A stretch of 64,000 nt of DNA from the human T2T-CHM13v2.0 reference genome, Homo sapiens, in the NCBI RefSeq assembly GCF_009914755.1, contig NC_060932.1. The stretch is one strand, 5' to 3'. Position 1 is the first letter of the stretch. Each line of letters starts with the position of its first letter. The notes under the pieces were generated by a model that saw only the letters and a list, made by a program, of their open reading frames with translations, had not been told where the DNA came from and made no database searches. This document shows positions 18,723-33,000 of this stretch, in pieces. The translations under genes were made by a program, and so were the position numbers.

Positions 18723-19394
18723 TTGGGACAGAGTTTTTCTTGTCTTTTTAGCTGCAGCAGCTGGGCCCTGCCCACAGGGCTATAGCTTAAATTGTTCTTA
18801 TTAAAAATCACAATTTTTGGTGAGCTCTCACATACATTATCTAAGATTATGATAAATGCTATTATTGCCCATATCGTCCTCAAATTCTTGCTGAATTTAA
18901 CAGACCTGCCCAGAAAGTGTGCTGACAACATAGTCACAGTAAAACAACACAGCTTCTCAAAGGCGAGCTGGTAAACAGCAGCCAGAATGCAAACCCAAGG
19001 CCATCTGGGGGACGCTCTTCACAACCAGGCTGTCCTGTTCCCACATCAACACTTCAAGGTTGGACTTGTGGTCCTAGCCATGCAGGGGGTGAGAAAAACT
19101 GAAAATAAAGATAGAGTGGAGAAAAACTCAAGTGCTGAACTTTGAGCAATTGCAGTCAGAAGGATTTGGAATTCTCTATAATTAGTATTGCTAGCTGCAA
19201 GGAAATGGATTTGTGATTGCTTTTTGGAACTAATCTGGTAAATGTGTATTAAATTGGCAAAGGGTAATGGTTGGTATCCCTGGGGAAATGGGAGTCCAGT
19301 CAACTGGAAACAAGAGGGTGAGCTGAGATGCAGAGGCACCCGAGCACTTATCCTGCTTTCTCCATTAGATGAAAGAACCAAGGGAGCTCAATGT

Positions 19395-19520
19395 TTGCAA
19401 ACTTTTCTCTATAATAGTGGTTCCTGCTGGAATAGCTGGAGAAGCTTAGAAACTATTGATACCTGGACCCTACCCCAAAAAATATTGATTTCACTGATGT
19501 GGAGTACAGCTTGGGTACCC
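19395..19520. mobile_element. MER5A, left part
   Basis: ggaatagctggagaagcttagaaactattgatacctggaccctaccccaaaaatattgattt. Confidence 0.6.
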
Positions 19521-19720
19521 AGGTTGGCTTATTTTTCTTTTGTTTTTTAAATCTTATTTATTTTTGAATAGGGAATACATGCATATAGCATACAATTAGA
19601 AATGTACACAAGGACAATACAATGCAATAAATGATATATGATGTTGAGCATTTTTTCATGTGCATAATTGCCAAATGTATATCTTCTTTCATGAAATATA
19701 TCTGTTCAGATATTTTGCCC

Positions 19721-19852
19721 TTTTTTTTTTTTTCCTAACAGAGACAAGGTCTCCCTACGTTGCCCCAGATTGGTCTTATATTCCTGAGGTGAAGTGATCC
19801 TCCTACTTCTGCCTTCCAAAGTGCTGGGATTAAGGCATGAGCCACCATGTCC
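19721..19852 (-). mobile_element. FLAM monomer inside an old L1M fragment (~19636-19896)
   Basis: Antisense Alu left monomer with T tail. Confidence 0.8.
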
Positions 19853-19896
19853 TTCCACTTTTGCTCATATTTTTAGTTGGGTTGTTTGTTTTCCTT

Positions 19897-22800
19897 CTTT
19901 AAAAATTTTTTTATTTCCATAGGTTACTGGGGAACAGGTGGTGTTTGGTTACATAAGTAAGTTCTTCAGCGGTGATTTGTGAGATTTTAATGTACCCATC
20001 ACCCAGTTCGTAGTTTTTATTCCCCACCCCTTCCCACCCTTTTCCTCTGAGTCCCTAAACTCCATTGTGTCATTCTTATGCCTCTGCATCCTCCTAGCTT
20101 AGCTCCCACTTATGAGTGAGAACATTCGATGTTCAGTTTTCCATTCCTGAGTTACTTCACTTAGAATAATAGTCTCCAGTCTCATCCAGGTTGCTGTGAA
20201 TGCCATTAATTCATTCTATTTTATGGCTGAGTAGTATTCCATAGTCTATATATACCACAGCTTCTTTATCCACTCATTGATTGATGGGCATTTGGGTTGG
20301 TTCCACATTTTTGCAATTGCGAATTGTGCTGCTATAAACATGCGTATGCAAGTATCTTTTTCGTATACTGACGTCTTTTCCTCTGGGTAGATACCCAATA
20401 GTGGGATTGCTGGATGAAATGGTAGTTCTACTTTTAGTTTTTAAAGAAATCTCCATACTGTTTTCCATAGTGGTTGTACTAGTTTACATTCCCACCAGCA
20501 GTGTAGAAGTGTTCCTGGTTCACCACATCCATGCCAACATCTATTTTTTTTTTTTTGATTATGGCCATGCTTGCAGGAGTAAGGTGGTAATCACTGTGGT
20601 TTTGATTTGCATTTCCCCCATGGTTAGTGATGTTGAGTATTTTTTTCATATGTTTGTTGACCACTTGTATATCTTCTTTTGAGAATTGTCCATTCATATC
20701 CTTAGCCCACTTTTTGATGGATTGTTTGTCTTCTTCTTGCTAATTTGAGTTTATTGTAGATTCTGGATATTCATCCTTTATCAGATGTATAGATTGTGAA
20801 GATTTTCTCCCACTCTGTGGGTTGTCTGTTTATTCTGCTGACTGTTCCTTTTGCCATGAAAAAGCTCTTTAGTTTAAGTCCCAGCTATTTATCTTTGTTT
20901 TTATTGCATTTGCTTTTTGGGTTCTTGGCCATGAAATCCTTGCCTAAGCCAATGTCCAGAAGGGTTTTTCCGATGTTATCTTCCAGAATTTTTAGATTTT
21001 CAGATCTTAGATTTAAGTCTTTGATCCATCTTGAGGTAATTTTTGCATAAGATGAGTGATGAGGATCCCGTTTCATTTTTCTACATGTGGCTTGCCAATT
21101 ATCCTACCACCATTTGTTGAATAGGGTATTTCCCCCACTTTATGTTTTTGTTTGCTTTGGCAAAGATCAGTTCACTGTAAGAATTTGGGTTTATTTCTGG
21201 GTTCTCTACTACGTTCCATTGGTCTGTGTGCCTATTTTTATACCAATACCATGCTGTTTTGGTGACTGTGGCCTCATAGTATAGTTTGAAATTAGGTAAT
21301 GTGATGCCTCCAGATTTGTCCTTTTTGCTTAGTTTGCTTTGGCTATGTGGGCTCTTTTCTGGTTCCATATGAATTTTAAGATTGCTTTTTCTAGTTCTGT
21401 GAAGAATGATGGTAGTATTGTGATGGGAATTGCAGTGACTTTGTAGATTGCTTTTGGCAGTATGGTCATTTTCACAATATTGATTCTACCCATCCATGAG
21501 TATGGGATGTGTTTCCATTTGTCTGTGTCATCTATGATTTCTTTCAGCAGTGTTTTATAGTTTACCTTGTAAAGTTCTTTCACCTCCTTGGTTAGGTATA
21601 TTCCTAAGTATTTTATATTTTATTTTGCAGCTACTGTAAAAGGAGTTGAGTTCTTGATTTGATTCTCAGCTTGATTGCTGTTGGTGTATAGGAGAGCTGC
21701 TGATTTGTGTACATTAATTTTGTGTCCAGAAACTTTGCTGAATTCTTTTATCAGTTCTAGCAGCTTTTTGGATGAGTCTTTAGGGTTTTCTAGGGATACA
21801 ATCATATCATCAGCAAACAGCAAGAGTTTGACTTCCTCTTTATAGATATGGATGCCATTTATTTCTTTCTTTTGTCTGATTGCTCTGTCTAGGACTTCCA
21901 GTACTATGATGAAGACAATTGGTGACAGTGGGCATCCTTGTCTTGCTCCAGTTCTCAGGGGAAATGCTTTCAACTTTTCCCCATATAGTTCAATGTTGGC
22001 TGTGGGTTTGTCATAGATGTCTTTTATTACATTGAGGTATGTCCCTCGTATGCTGATTTTGCTGAGAGCTTTAATCATAAAGGAATGCTGGATTTTGTCA
22101 AATGCTTTTTCTGCATCTATTGAGATGATCATATGATTTTTGTTTTTAATTCCATTTATGTGGTGTATCACATTTATTGACTTGCTTATGTTAACCCATC
22201 CCTGCATCCCTGGTATGAAACCCACTTGATCATGGTGGGTTATCTTTTTGGTATGTTGTTGGATTCAGTTAGCTATTATTTTTTGAGGATTTTTGCATCT
22301 GTGTTCATCAGGGGTATTGGTCTGTAGTTTTCTTTTTTGTTATGTCCTTCCCTGGTGTTGGTATTAAGGTGGTACCGGCTTTATAGAATAATTTAGAGAG
22401 AATTCCCTCTTTATCTTGTGGAATAGTGTCAATAAGATTGGTATCAATTCTTCTTTGAATGTCTGGTATAATTCAGCTATGAATCTATCTGGTCCTGAAC
22501 TTTTTTGTTGGTAATTTTTTGATTACCATTTCAATCTTGCTGCTTGTTATTGGTCTGTTCAGAGTATCTAATTCTTCCCGATTTAAGCTAGGAGGATTGT
22601 ATCTTTCCAGGAATTTATCCATCTCCTCTAGGTTTTCTAGTTTATGTGTGTAAAGGTGTTTGTAGTAGTCTTGAATGATCTTTTGTATTTCTATGATGTA
22701 GTTGTAATATCTCCTGTTTCGTTTCTGATTGAATTTATTTGGATCTTCTCTCTTCTTGGTTAATCTTTCTAATGGTCTATCAATTTTATTTATCTTCTCA

Positions 22801-25800
22801 AAGAACCAGCTTTTTCTTTCATTTATCTTTTGTATTGTTTTTTTGTTTCAGTTTCATTTAGTCCTGCTCTGATCTTTCTTCTGCTGGGTTTGAGTTTGGT
22901 TTGTTCTTGTTTCTCTAGTTCCTTGAGGTATGACCTTAGATTGTCTGTTTGTGCTCTTTCAGACTTTTTGATGTAGGCATTTAATGCTATGAACTTTCCT
23001 CTTAGTGTTGCCTTTGCTGTATCTCAGAGATTTTGATAGGTTGTGTCACTATTGTCATTCATTTCAAAGAATTTTTTAATTCCCATCTTGATCTCTTTGT
23101 TGACCCAGTGATCATTCAGGAGCAGGTTATTTAATTTCCATGTATTTGCATGGTTTCAAAGGTTCCTTTTGGAGTTGATTTTCAATTTCATTCCACTGTA
23201 GTCTGAGAGAGTGCTTAATATAATTTCAATTTTCTTAAATTTATGGAGGCTTGTTGGGTGGCCTATCATCAGTCTGTCTTGGAGAAAGCTCCATGCACTG
23301 ATGAATAGAATGTATATTCTGCGGTTGTTGGGTAGAATGTTCTGTAAATATCTGTTAGGTCCATTTGCTCTAGGGTATACCTTAAATCTATTGTTTCTTT
23401 GTTGACTTTCTGTCTTGATGACCTGTCTAGTGCTGTCAGTGGAGTACTGAAGTCCCCCACTACTATTATGTTGCTGTCTATCTCATTTCTTAGGTCTAGT
23501 AGGAATTGTTTTATAAATTTGTGAGCTCCAGTGTTAGGTGCATATTATGGGATTGTGATATTTTCCTGTTGAACAAGGCATTTTATCATTATATAATGTC
23601 CCTCTTTGTCTTTTTTAACTGCTGTTGCTTTAAAGTTTTTTTGTCTGATATAAGAATAGCTACTACTGCTCACTTTTGGTATCCATTTGCATGAAATATG
23701 TTTTTCCACCCCTTTACCTTAAGTTTATGTGAGTCCTTATGTGTTATAGGTGAGTCTCTTGAAGGCAGCAGGTGTTATCCATTCTGCAATTCTACATCTT
23801 TTAAGTGGAGCATTTAGGCTATTTACATTCAATATTAGTACTGAGATGTGAGACATGATTCCATTCATCATGCTGTTTCCTGTATACCTCAGTGTTTTTT
23901 TTTTTTTAATTCTAGTTTTGTTTCATAGGTCCTGTGAGATGTGTGCTTCAAGGAGGTTCTGTTTTGATGTGTTCCCAGGATTTGCTTCAAGATTTAGAGC
24001 TCCTTTTAGCAGTTCTTATAATGCTGGCTTGGTAGTGACAAATTCTCTCAGCATTTGTTTGTCTGAAAGAGACTGTATCTTTCCTTCATTTATGAAGCTT
24101 AGTTTCACTGGATACAAAATTCTTGGCTGATAATTGTTTTGTTTGAGGAAGCTGAAAATAGAGCCCCAATCCCTTCTAGCTTCTAAGGTTTCTGCTGACA
24201 AATCTGCTGTTAATCTAATAGGTTTTCCTTTGTAGGTTACCTGGTGCTTTTGCCTCACAGCTCTTCAGATTCTTTCCTTTGTCTTAACTTTAGATAACCT
24301 GATGGCAATGTAACTAGGCAATGATCTTTTTGTAATTAATTTCCCAGGTGTTCTTTGAGCTTCTTGTATTTGGATGTCTAGGTCTCTAGTAAGGCTGGTG
24401 AAGTTTTTCTCAATTCTTCCCCCAAATATGTTTTCCAAACTTTTATATTCATCTTCTTCCTCTGGTATATTGATTGTTCTTAGGTTTGATTTTTTAACAT
24501 AATTCCTTACTTCTTAGTGGCTTTGTTCATATTTTCATGTTCTTTTTTCTTTGTCTCTGTTGGATTGGGTTAATTCAAAGACCTTGTCTTTGAGCTCTGA
24601 AGTTTTTCTTCTGCTTATTCAATTCTGTTGCTGAGACTTTCCAGAGCATTTTGCATTTCAATAAGTATATCCATTGTTTCCTGAAGTTTTAATTGTTTTT
24701 TTTTTGCTACCTATTTCACTGAAGATTTCTTCCCCTTATTTCTTGTATCATTTTTTTGAGTTCCTTAAATTGGGCTTTGCCTCTCTCTGGTGCCTCCTTG
24801 CTTAGCTTAATAACTACCTTCTGAATTCTTTTTCAGGTAAATCAGGGATTTCTTCTTGGTTTGGATCCATTGCTGGTGAGCTAGAGTGATTTTTTGGGGG
24901 TTGTTAAAGAACCTCATTTTGTCATATTTCCAGAGTTGGTTTTCTGGTTTCTTCTCATTTGGGTAGGGTCTGTCAGAGGGAAGGTTTAGGGCTTAAGGCT
25001 GTTGTTCAGATCCTTTTGTCCCATGGGGTGTTCCCTCAATGTAGTACTCTCTCCCTTTTCCTAGGGATGTGGCTTCCTGAAAGCCGAACTGTAGTAATTG
25101 CTATCTCTCTTCTGGATCTAGCCACCCAGCAGGTCTACAGGCTCTGGGCTGGTACCTGCGGTTGTCTGCACAGAGTCCTGTGATGTGAACCATCTGTGGA
25201 TTTCTCAGCCATGGATACCAGCACCTGCTCCAGCGGAGGTGGCCGGCGGGTGAAAGGGACTCTGTGAGAGTCCATAGTTTTGGTTGTTTAATGCACTATT
25301 TTTGTGCTGGTTGGCCTCCTGCTGGGAGATAGTGCACTTCACTGAAGAGAATCAGGCAGTGGGCGGGGCCCCAGAACTCCCAAGAGTATATGCCCTTCTT
25401 CTTCAGCTACTAGGGTGGGTAGGGAAGGACCATCAGGTGAGGGCAGGGCTAGGCGTTTCTAAGCTCAGGCTTTCCTTGGGTGGGTCTTGCTGCAGCTGCT
25501 GTGGGGACCGTGGGTGTGTTTCCCAGGTCAATGGAGTTATATTCCCAGGAGGATTATGACTGCCTCTGTTGTGTCATGCAGATTGTTAGGGAAGTGGGGG
25601 AAAGCGGCAGTTGCAGGCCTCACCCAGCTCTCATGCAACCCAAAAGGCCAGTCTCACTGCCACCATGCCCCTTCCAACAGCACCGAGTCTGTTTCCAGGC
25701 AGTGGGTGAGCAGGGCTGAGAACTTGCCCCAGACTAGCAGCCTCCCAGCTGTGAAAGCAAGTAGGGCTTTCATGCTTCCCTGCATGTGAAGTCTGCACAC

Positions 25801-26346
25801 CAGATTCACGGCCTCCCCTGAGTTCTGGCCAGGAGACTTCTCTTTGGTTGGAATTGTTACATAGTTCAGCTGGCGGTTTACTTCTCCCCGTGGCCTTTTC
25901 CCAGTACCTCTGGCAGCCCTCCCCAGGTACCCCTGTGAGGCAAGGCAGAAACAGTTTCCTAGGGGACCCAGAGAGCCCACAGAGCCTTTCCTGATGCTTC
26001 CTCTACCCCTGTATTTTGCTCTGCTCTCTAAACTGACTCAGCTCCTGGTAAGGTCAGAATCTTCTTCCATGATCTAGACCTTCAGGCTCCCCAGTGAGTG
26101 CATGTGTTCAGGGGTGAACAATCCCCCTTTCCCAATTCCACAGTTTGGGCACTAACAGTATTCGGGGTGTCCCCTGGGTCTTGCAGGAGTAATCTTCTTC
26201 CTTCAGAGGGTGTGTGGGTTCCCTTGCTGTTCCTGGTTTATTGCTGCAGGATTTCTGGAGCAAAAGTTCATGATGTGAGACTCCACATGCTGCTCTGTCT
26301 GAGTGGGAGCTGCAACCTATTTCTGCCTCCCATCCCCCATGATCCT
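19897..26346 (-). mobile_element. Full-length LINE-1 L1PB1-type (5'UTR, ORF1, ORF2, 3'UTR), inactivated
   Basis: L1PB 3' end (tttatttccataggttactggggaacagg), RT motif [11 protein letters not shown]1 peptide YKGKPIRLTADLS, 5' end ggatcatgggggatgggaggcag; TSD ttgtttgttttcctt / ttggttgttttctt. Confidence 0.93.
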
Positions 26347-26539
26347 TTGGTTGTTTTCTTACTGCTGAGTTTTTCTAGCTTCTATCTCAGTCACTCACTT
26401 ATCCAGGAGGCAACTTACAGAGATCATTTTAAAATAGACAAGAAATAATATATATTTATATATAAAGTGAAAGTATGGAATGCACTGTTCTGCACTTTGC
26501 TTTGCTATGTTATCTATATAGCCTGAGTCTGCTTGTTTT

Positions 26540-28430
26540 TTAAAACATTTCCCCTATTATTAATATGTTGCATTAGTGAGGTACATGTGCTACAACTGAT
26601 GTGCCAATATTTACAGGTTATTATTAACTAAAGTCCATAGTTTACATTAGGGTTCACTTTGTGTTATGCATTCTATGGGTTTTGACAAATATACTAATGA
26701 CATGTATCCACCATTACAGTGTTACACAGAATAGTTTCACTGCCTTAAAAGTCTCCTGTGCTCCACCTATTCTTCTTTCCTTCCTTTCTTCCCCAACTCC
26801 AAGCACTGATCTCTTTACTGTCTCCAGAAGTTTACCTTTTCCAAATGTCACATAGTTAGAATAGTATACTATGTAGCTTTTTCAGATAGGTTTCTTTCAC
26901 TTAGAAATACACACTTAAATTCCTCCATGTCTTTTTGTGGCTTGACAGCCTATTTATTTTTATCATTGAGCAATATTCCATTGTATGGATGTATGAAAAT
27001 TTATTTAGCCATTCATCTATGAAACATCGTGGTTGCTTCCAAGTTTTGGCAATCTCAACTTATTTGGGTAAATACAATGGAGCATGATTGCTGAATCATA
27101 TTATTAAGAGAATGCTTTGTTTTGTAAGAAACTGCCAGCCTGTCTTCCAAAGTGTCTGTGTGTCCGGAGTTTGTTCCTTCTGGTGGGTTTGTGGTCTCAC
27201 TGACTTCAAGAATGAAGCCGTGGACCTTCGTGGTGAGTATTACAGCCCTTAAAGATGGCACAGACCCAAAGACTGAGCAACAGCAAGATTTATTGTGAAG
27301 AGCAAAAGAACAAAGTTTCCACAGTGTGGAAGGGGACCTGAGCGGGTTGCCACTGCTGGCTGGGATGGTCAGCTTTTATTCCCTTATTTCTCCCCACCCA
27401 TGTCCTGCTGATTGGTCCTTTTTACAGCGTGCTGATTGGTCCATTTTACAGGATGTTGATTGGTCCATTTTACAGAGCACTGATTGGTCCATTTTACAAA
27501 CCTCTAGCTAGCTACAGAACACTGATTGATGCGTTTTTACAGAGCACTGATTGGTGCATTTTACAAACCTCTAGCTAGCTACAGAGTGCTGATTGGTGCA
27601 TTTTACAATCCTCTTGTAAGACCTAAAAGTTCTCCAAGTCCCAGAAGTCTGGGTTCTCCGACCCAGAAGTCCAGCTGGCTTCACTTCTCAGCTGCACCAT
27701 TTTGCATTCCCACCAGTGATGAAGGAGAGCTCCTATTGCTCCACATGCTTGACAGCATTTAGTGTTGTCAGTGTTTTGGATTTTAGCCATTCTAATAGGT
27801 ACGTAGTGGTGTCTCATTGCTGTTTTAATTTTAAAATCCCTAATGACATATGACATTGAGCATCTTTTTATATGCTTATTTGCCATCTGTATATCTTATT
27901 TGGTGAGATGTTTGTTCAGATATTTTGCTCATTTTTTAGTTGGGTTATTTTTCTTATTGCTGAGTTTTAAGAGGTATTTGTGTATTTTGGATATAAGCCC
28001 TTTAAGAGACACATGTTTTGTAAATATTTTCTTCTAGGCTGTGACTTATCGTTTCTTTCTTGGAACAGTATCTTTCCCCTGAACAGAAGTTTTTAATTTT
28101 ACTGATATCCAACTTATCAATGTCTTTATTTCATGAGTCATGTATTTGGTGTTGTATTTAAAAGTCATCACCAAATCCAATGTCACCTAGATTTTTTCCT
28201 ATGTTATCTCCTAGGAGTTTTATAGCTTTTTATTTAGAACTGTGATTTATTTTAGTTAATATTTGTGAAAGGCATAAGATATATAGGAATTTTCTGAATG
28301 GTATAGACTCTATATGAGTCTAGATTTTTGCATGGGGATGTCCAATTTTTCCAGCCCCGCTTATTGAAAAGATACCCCTTCTTGATTAAACTGCATTTGC
28401 TCCTTTGCCAAGCATTTATTGATTATATAT
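26540..28430 (-). mobile_element. Old L1M (L1MC-type) 3' fragment interrupted by LTR12
   Basis: Antisense L1M 3'UTR (ttattattaactaaagtccatagtttacattaggg) and ORF2 C-terminal peptide MANKHIKRCS..HHWWECKMVQ. Confidence 0.85.
27159..27690 (-). mobile_element. LTR12F-type solo LTR (ERV9)
   Basis: tgtgtccggag...cttcacttctca ends, tandem gctgattgg(t)ccattttaca units, 4-bp TSD tctg/gctg. Confidence 0.92.
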
Positions 28431-28439
28431 ACACCTAGA

Positions 28440-28513
28440 ATCCTGGGTATCTGGGGATTTTAACCTCCTACCTCTAGGTGATCCTAACATGCAGCCAGCT
28501 TTGGGAACCAGTG
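28440..28513. mobile_element. MER5A, right part
   Basis: aggtgatcctaacatgcagccagctttgggaaccagtg matches the MER5A terminus. Confidence 0.7.
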
Positions 28514-29447
28514 CTTAGAGGAAAGTGCATGGATGCTTATAGAAGCTCCTCTGGTAAGATAATAGAAACCCAGCAGGCAGCAGCTTAGCAAGAATACACC
28601 TGCTTTATCCATTCTGGAAGGTCCTACCTGCAGGAAAATTGTCATCAGCAGTTGCATGTTCTGTTAGAATCCCAGCTCCAAGAAAGCCACCCCAAGACAC
28701 GTTGCTGCTGCTTCTGCATGAACCGCTTCCCTACCTTCAAGGGGAAGATGCCTAACTAAAGAAAGTAGGAATTCATAGCAGGTAGATGTGCCTGTAGCCT
28801 CCTCCCTCCAATCCCTAAATCATCTGAGATGCTGCAGAGGGATGAGTGTGGCCAGGTGTTCTGGCATGAAGCAGAAGATGAGGCCAAAATGAGAATGGTA
28901 GAAGGAAAGGATTCAAACTCTCTCATTTTGGAGAAAGCCCCCATGGCTGGTTCTGATTAAGAGTTTCGCAAATCACTCCTTCATAAGAACAAAATATAGG
29001 AGCAAGGCCATGGCAGGTAGAAGAAATCTGGGCTTGAATATTGTGGCTTAGGAAGATAAGCAGGAAGAATAGGGCTGGGAAAACAAGTCCACATCAGTTC
29101 TGGTAGCAGAGTTGAGGTCTGCAGCTGGAGGCCTGGCACAGCCCCTGGGTCACCGAGATGGGAATGAGATCGCACAAGAGGGAGAGAGCCATGGCCAGGA
29201 ACCAGGTGGCAACCTGGGCCAGAACAGAACCTGGGTGAGAAGAAATAAAAAGGGTCTGTCCCTAGTGCCTGCATGCCATCTGCTCTCAAAAGACATTGGG
29301 GACATAATAAGTAAACAAATGAAGGAGTGCTGCAGATTCAATCCCTTTAAATCACCCTTTCTGTGGTCAGTATAATAATAGCTCTTTTTTATGGATTTCA
29401 CATTCTGTTCTAGGTGGTCACCTTATTAGGTAAATACTGTTCCCATG

Positions 29448-29915
29448 TGTTATAGATTGAATGGTGCCCCTCAAAAAGATACATTGCAGTCCTCATCCCC
29501 AATACTTCCAAGGGTGACCTTATTCAGAAATAGGACCTTTGCAGAGATAACGCAGTTAAAATGAGGTCATTGGATCAGACCCTCATCCAACATGGCTGGT
29601 GTCCTTATAAAAAGTGGAAATTTGGACACAGAGGCAGGGACACAGCGGGAAGGTGATGTGAAAACTCGCAGAGAGAAGACAACCACGTAACTGGAGTGAC
29701 ACAGCTCAAGCCACAGAACACCACAGATGGCCGCCAGCCCCAGAAGCAAGAAGAGGCAAGAAGGAGCTTCCCCAGATGCTCCAGAGGAGGTGCAGCCCTG
29801 CTGTCACCTTGCTTTCAGACTCCCAGCCTCCAGAACTGTGAGAGAATAAATAGCTGTTTTGCTGAGCCACCCAATTTCTGGTACTCTCTTACAGCAGCCC
29901 CAGGAAGCAAATATA
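29448..29915 (+). mobile_element. MLT1C-type MaLR solo LTR
   Basis: tgttatagattgaatggtgcccctcaaaaagat start; cagcctccagaactgtgagagaataaat near the end. Confidence 0.88.
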
Positions 29916-30094
29916 CCTGTCAAGGTGAAGCCATCAAGGTGCCAGGCTATTATGTAAATGGCCCAGATTCCTACAGCTGGGAAATGAGTACATTGCTATT
30001 TGGACCATGCTCTTATTTCTCCAAATCTTTGTTTCAGTCTACTATGCAGTCATGTTGAAAGTCTTCAGAAAAAAAATTATTCTAGGAAAGAAGT

Positions 30095-33000
30095 GACTTG
30101 CCTCTGCAAACTCCATGAGCTAGCCAAAACACTGTGAGTGCCCAAAGTGTGAGGGGAGAAAGTCTGCCTCCAAACACACATCCACACTGGGGAAACCTGA
30201 AAAATCCAAATCATGGAAGAAGGATTTAAACTTACCTAGAGCTGAAACAAATTTCGAGAGCCAAGCGAAATATAAAAGTAGAAGCAGTAGAAAGAGCCCT
30301 GTAGGCACTCCCAGTCCCCAGAGAAGCCCAAGGGAGGCATTTCTGGCTTTATCTCATAGGAGTCTTTGGGGAGGTCAGCCAGTGGAATTGAAGAAGGGCC
30401 ACAGGAAGAAGAAGAGTTCTAGCTGAATCTCGTAATAATTTTGACTGAGCATGAATTTTTTCCTGGACAGAATCTGGGAAGGAGCAATAAACAGAAATTG
30501 CAGATATGACCACAGAAGCCATGGCAGACAGGGAGGGGTGAAGCCTGAAAGCCCTGCTTGCTTTCTCAGTGGAGAGGCTTGTAACCTGAAGCAAGATCTC
30601 AGCCCCGTGCACCAGAGGTCTGGATATAAATTCAGCTCTGTTGCTATTGAAGGAGCATGGTGGAAGTGAGACTGGCCCTGCTGGCTGCATGGGAGCTGGG
30701 TGAGGCCTGTCACTGCCAGCTTTCCCCCACTTCCCTGGCAACCTGTTTGAAGAAGCAAAGGCAGCCATGATTCCCCTTGGAACATCACTTGATTAGCCTG
30801 AGAACCAACCCCCCCATCTCCCACAGTGACTGCAGCAAGCCCTGCCCCAAGAGAGTCTGAGCTCAGACACGTCTAACACTGCCCCTACCTGATGGTATTT
30901 CTCTACCTGCCCTGGTAGCTGAAGACAAAAGACATAAACACATGGGAGCTCTATGGCTCTGCCCATCACCTGAGAAACCCAAATACTCCTGGATAGGAGA
31001 CTGTAGGGCAAGCTTATAGCCCCACTATACTACAGCAGCTGATGCTGTTTTGAAAGCTTCACCTCCTGGCAGGAGGCCAACCAACTCAAGCCACTACAGG
31101 AACTCATGAAAGAATAACCCTGCTCCAAGGAAGGAGAAAACAACAGCTAATTTCACTGCCTGTAATATCCTGGCTAATCAGAGATACAGAGTCTGTCCAC
31201 ATGACAACTTCACTGCTAGCATAAGCAGCATTCGAGAAAACCAGTGCACTAAACAAACCTACAACCAAGGATTCTCAGAGTCCCCTTCACTCCCCTGCTA
31301 CCTTCACTGGAGCAGGTGCTTATATCCACAGCTGAGAGACCTGAAGACAGATCATATAACAGGACTATTTGCAGACACTACCCAGTATCAGCCCAGAGCC
31401 CGGTAGCTCTGCTGGGTGACAAGGCTCAGAAGAGCAGTAGCAATCACTGTAGTCTGGCTCTCAGGAAGCCCCATCCATAGGGGAAGGGGGAAAGCACCAT
31501 ATCAAGGGAGCACCCCTTGGGACAAAAGAATCTGAATTGCAGCCCTTGATTCCCAGATCTTCCCTCTGACATAGCCTACCCAAATGAGAAGGAACCAGAA
31601 AAGCAATTCTAGTAATACAACAAAACAAGGCTCTTTAACACCCCCAAAATATCACATGAGTTCACCAGCAATGGATCTAAACCAAGAAGAAATATCTGAA
31701 TTGCCAGGAAAAGAATTCAGAAGGTTGATTGATTATTAAGCTACTCAAGGAGGTACCAGAGAAAGGTGCAAACCAACCTAAAAAATTAAAAACATAATGC
31801 ATGATATGCACAAAAACATTTCCAGAGAAGTAGATATCATAAATAAAAAACAATGAAACCTTCTGGAAATGAAAGACACACTTAGGGAAATGCAAAATAG
31901 GATTGAACAAGTAGAAGAAAGAACTTTACAGCTCAAAGACAAAGCTTTAGAATTATCCCAATCCAACAAAGATAAAGAAAAAAAGAATTTAAAGAAATTA
32001 ACAAAGCCTCCAAAAAGTTTGGGATTATGTTTAATGACCAAACCTAAGAACAATTTCTGTTCCGTGGAAGAAGAGAAATCTAAACGTTTGGAAAACTTAT
32101 TTGAGAGAATCATCAAGGAAAACTTCCCTGGCCTTGTGAGTGATCTAGACATCTGAACACAAGAAGTTCAAAAAACACCTAGGAAATTCATTGCAAAAAT
32201 ATCATGACCTAGGCACATAGTCATCAGGTTGTCTAAAGTGAAGACAAAGGAAAGAATCTGAAGAGCTATGAAGCAAAAGCATTAGATAACCTACAAAGGA
32301 AAATCTATCAGATTAACAGCAGATTTGTCAGCAGAAACCCTATAAGCTAGAAGGGATTGGGGTCCTATCTTTTGCCCTCTTAAACAAAGCAATTATCAGC
32401 CAAGAATTTTGTATCCAGTGAAACTAAGCTTCATAAATGAAGGAAAGATAAAGCTTTTTTCAGACAAACAAATGCTGAGAGAATTTGCCACTCCCAAGCC
32501 AGCATTATGAGAACTGCTATAAGGAGTTGGAAATCTTGAGACAAAACCTCAAAATACATGAAAACAAAACCTCCTTGAAGCATAAATCTCACAGGACCTA
32601 TAAAACAATAATACAATTTTTAAAAACAGGTATTCAGGAAACAACTGGAATGATGAATAGAATAGTGGCTCACATAGTCTATACTAACGTTGAATGTAAA
32701 TAGCCTAAATCCTTCACCTCCACTTAAAAGATGTAGAATTGCAGAATGAATAAGAATTCACCAACCAAGTATCTGCTGTCTTCAAGAGACTCACCTAACA
32801 CATAAGGACTCACATAAACTTAAAGTAAAGGGGTGGAAAAAGATATTTCATGCAAATGGACACCAAAAGTGAGCAGAAGTGGCTATTTTTATATCAGACA
32901 AAACAGACTTTAAAGCAGCAACAGTTAAAAAAAAAAAGGGACATTATCTAATGATAAAAAGACTAGTCCAACAGGAAAATATCACAATCCTATATATGCA

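Noticed and set aside
27400-27610. Tandem ~23-nt repeats resembling a CRISPR-like array
   Set aside because: Normal CCAAT-box repeats of LTR12, with no unique spacers
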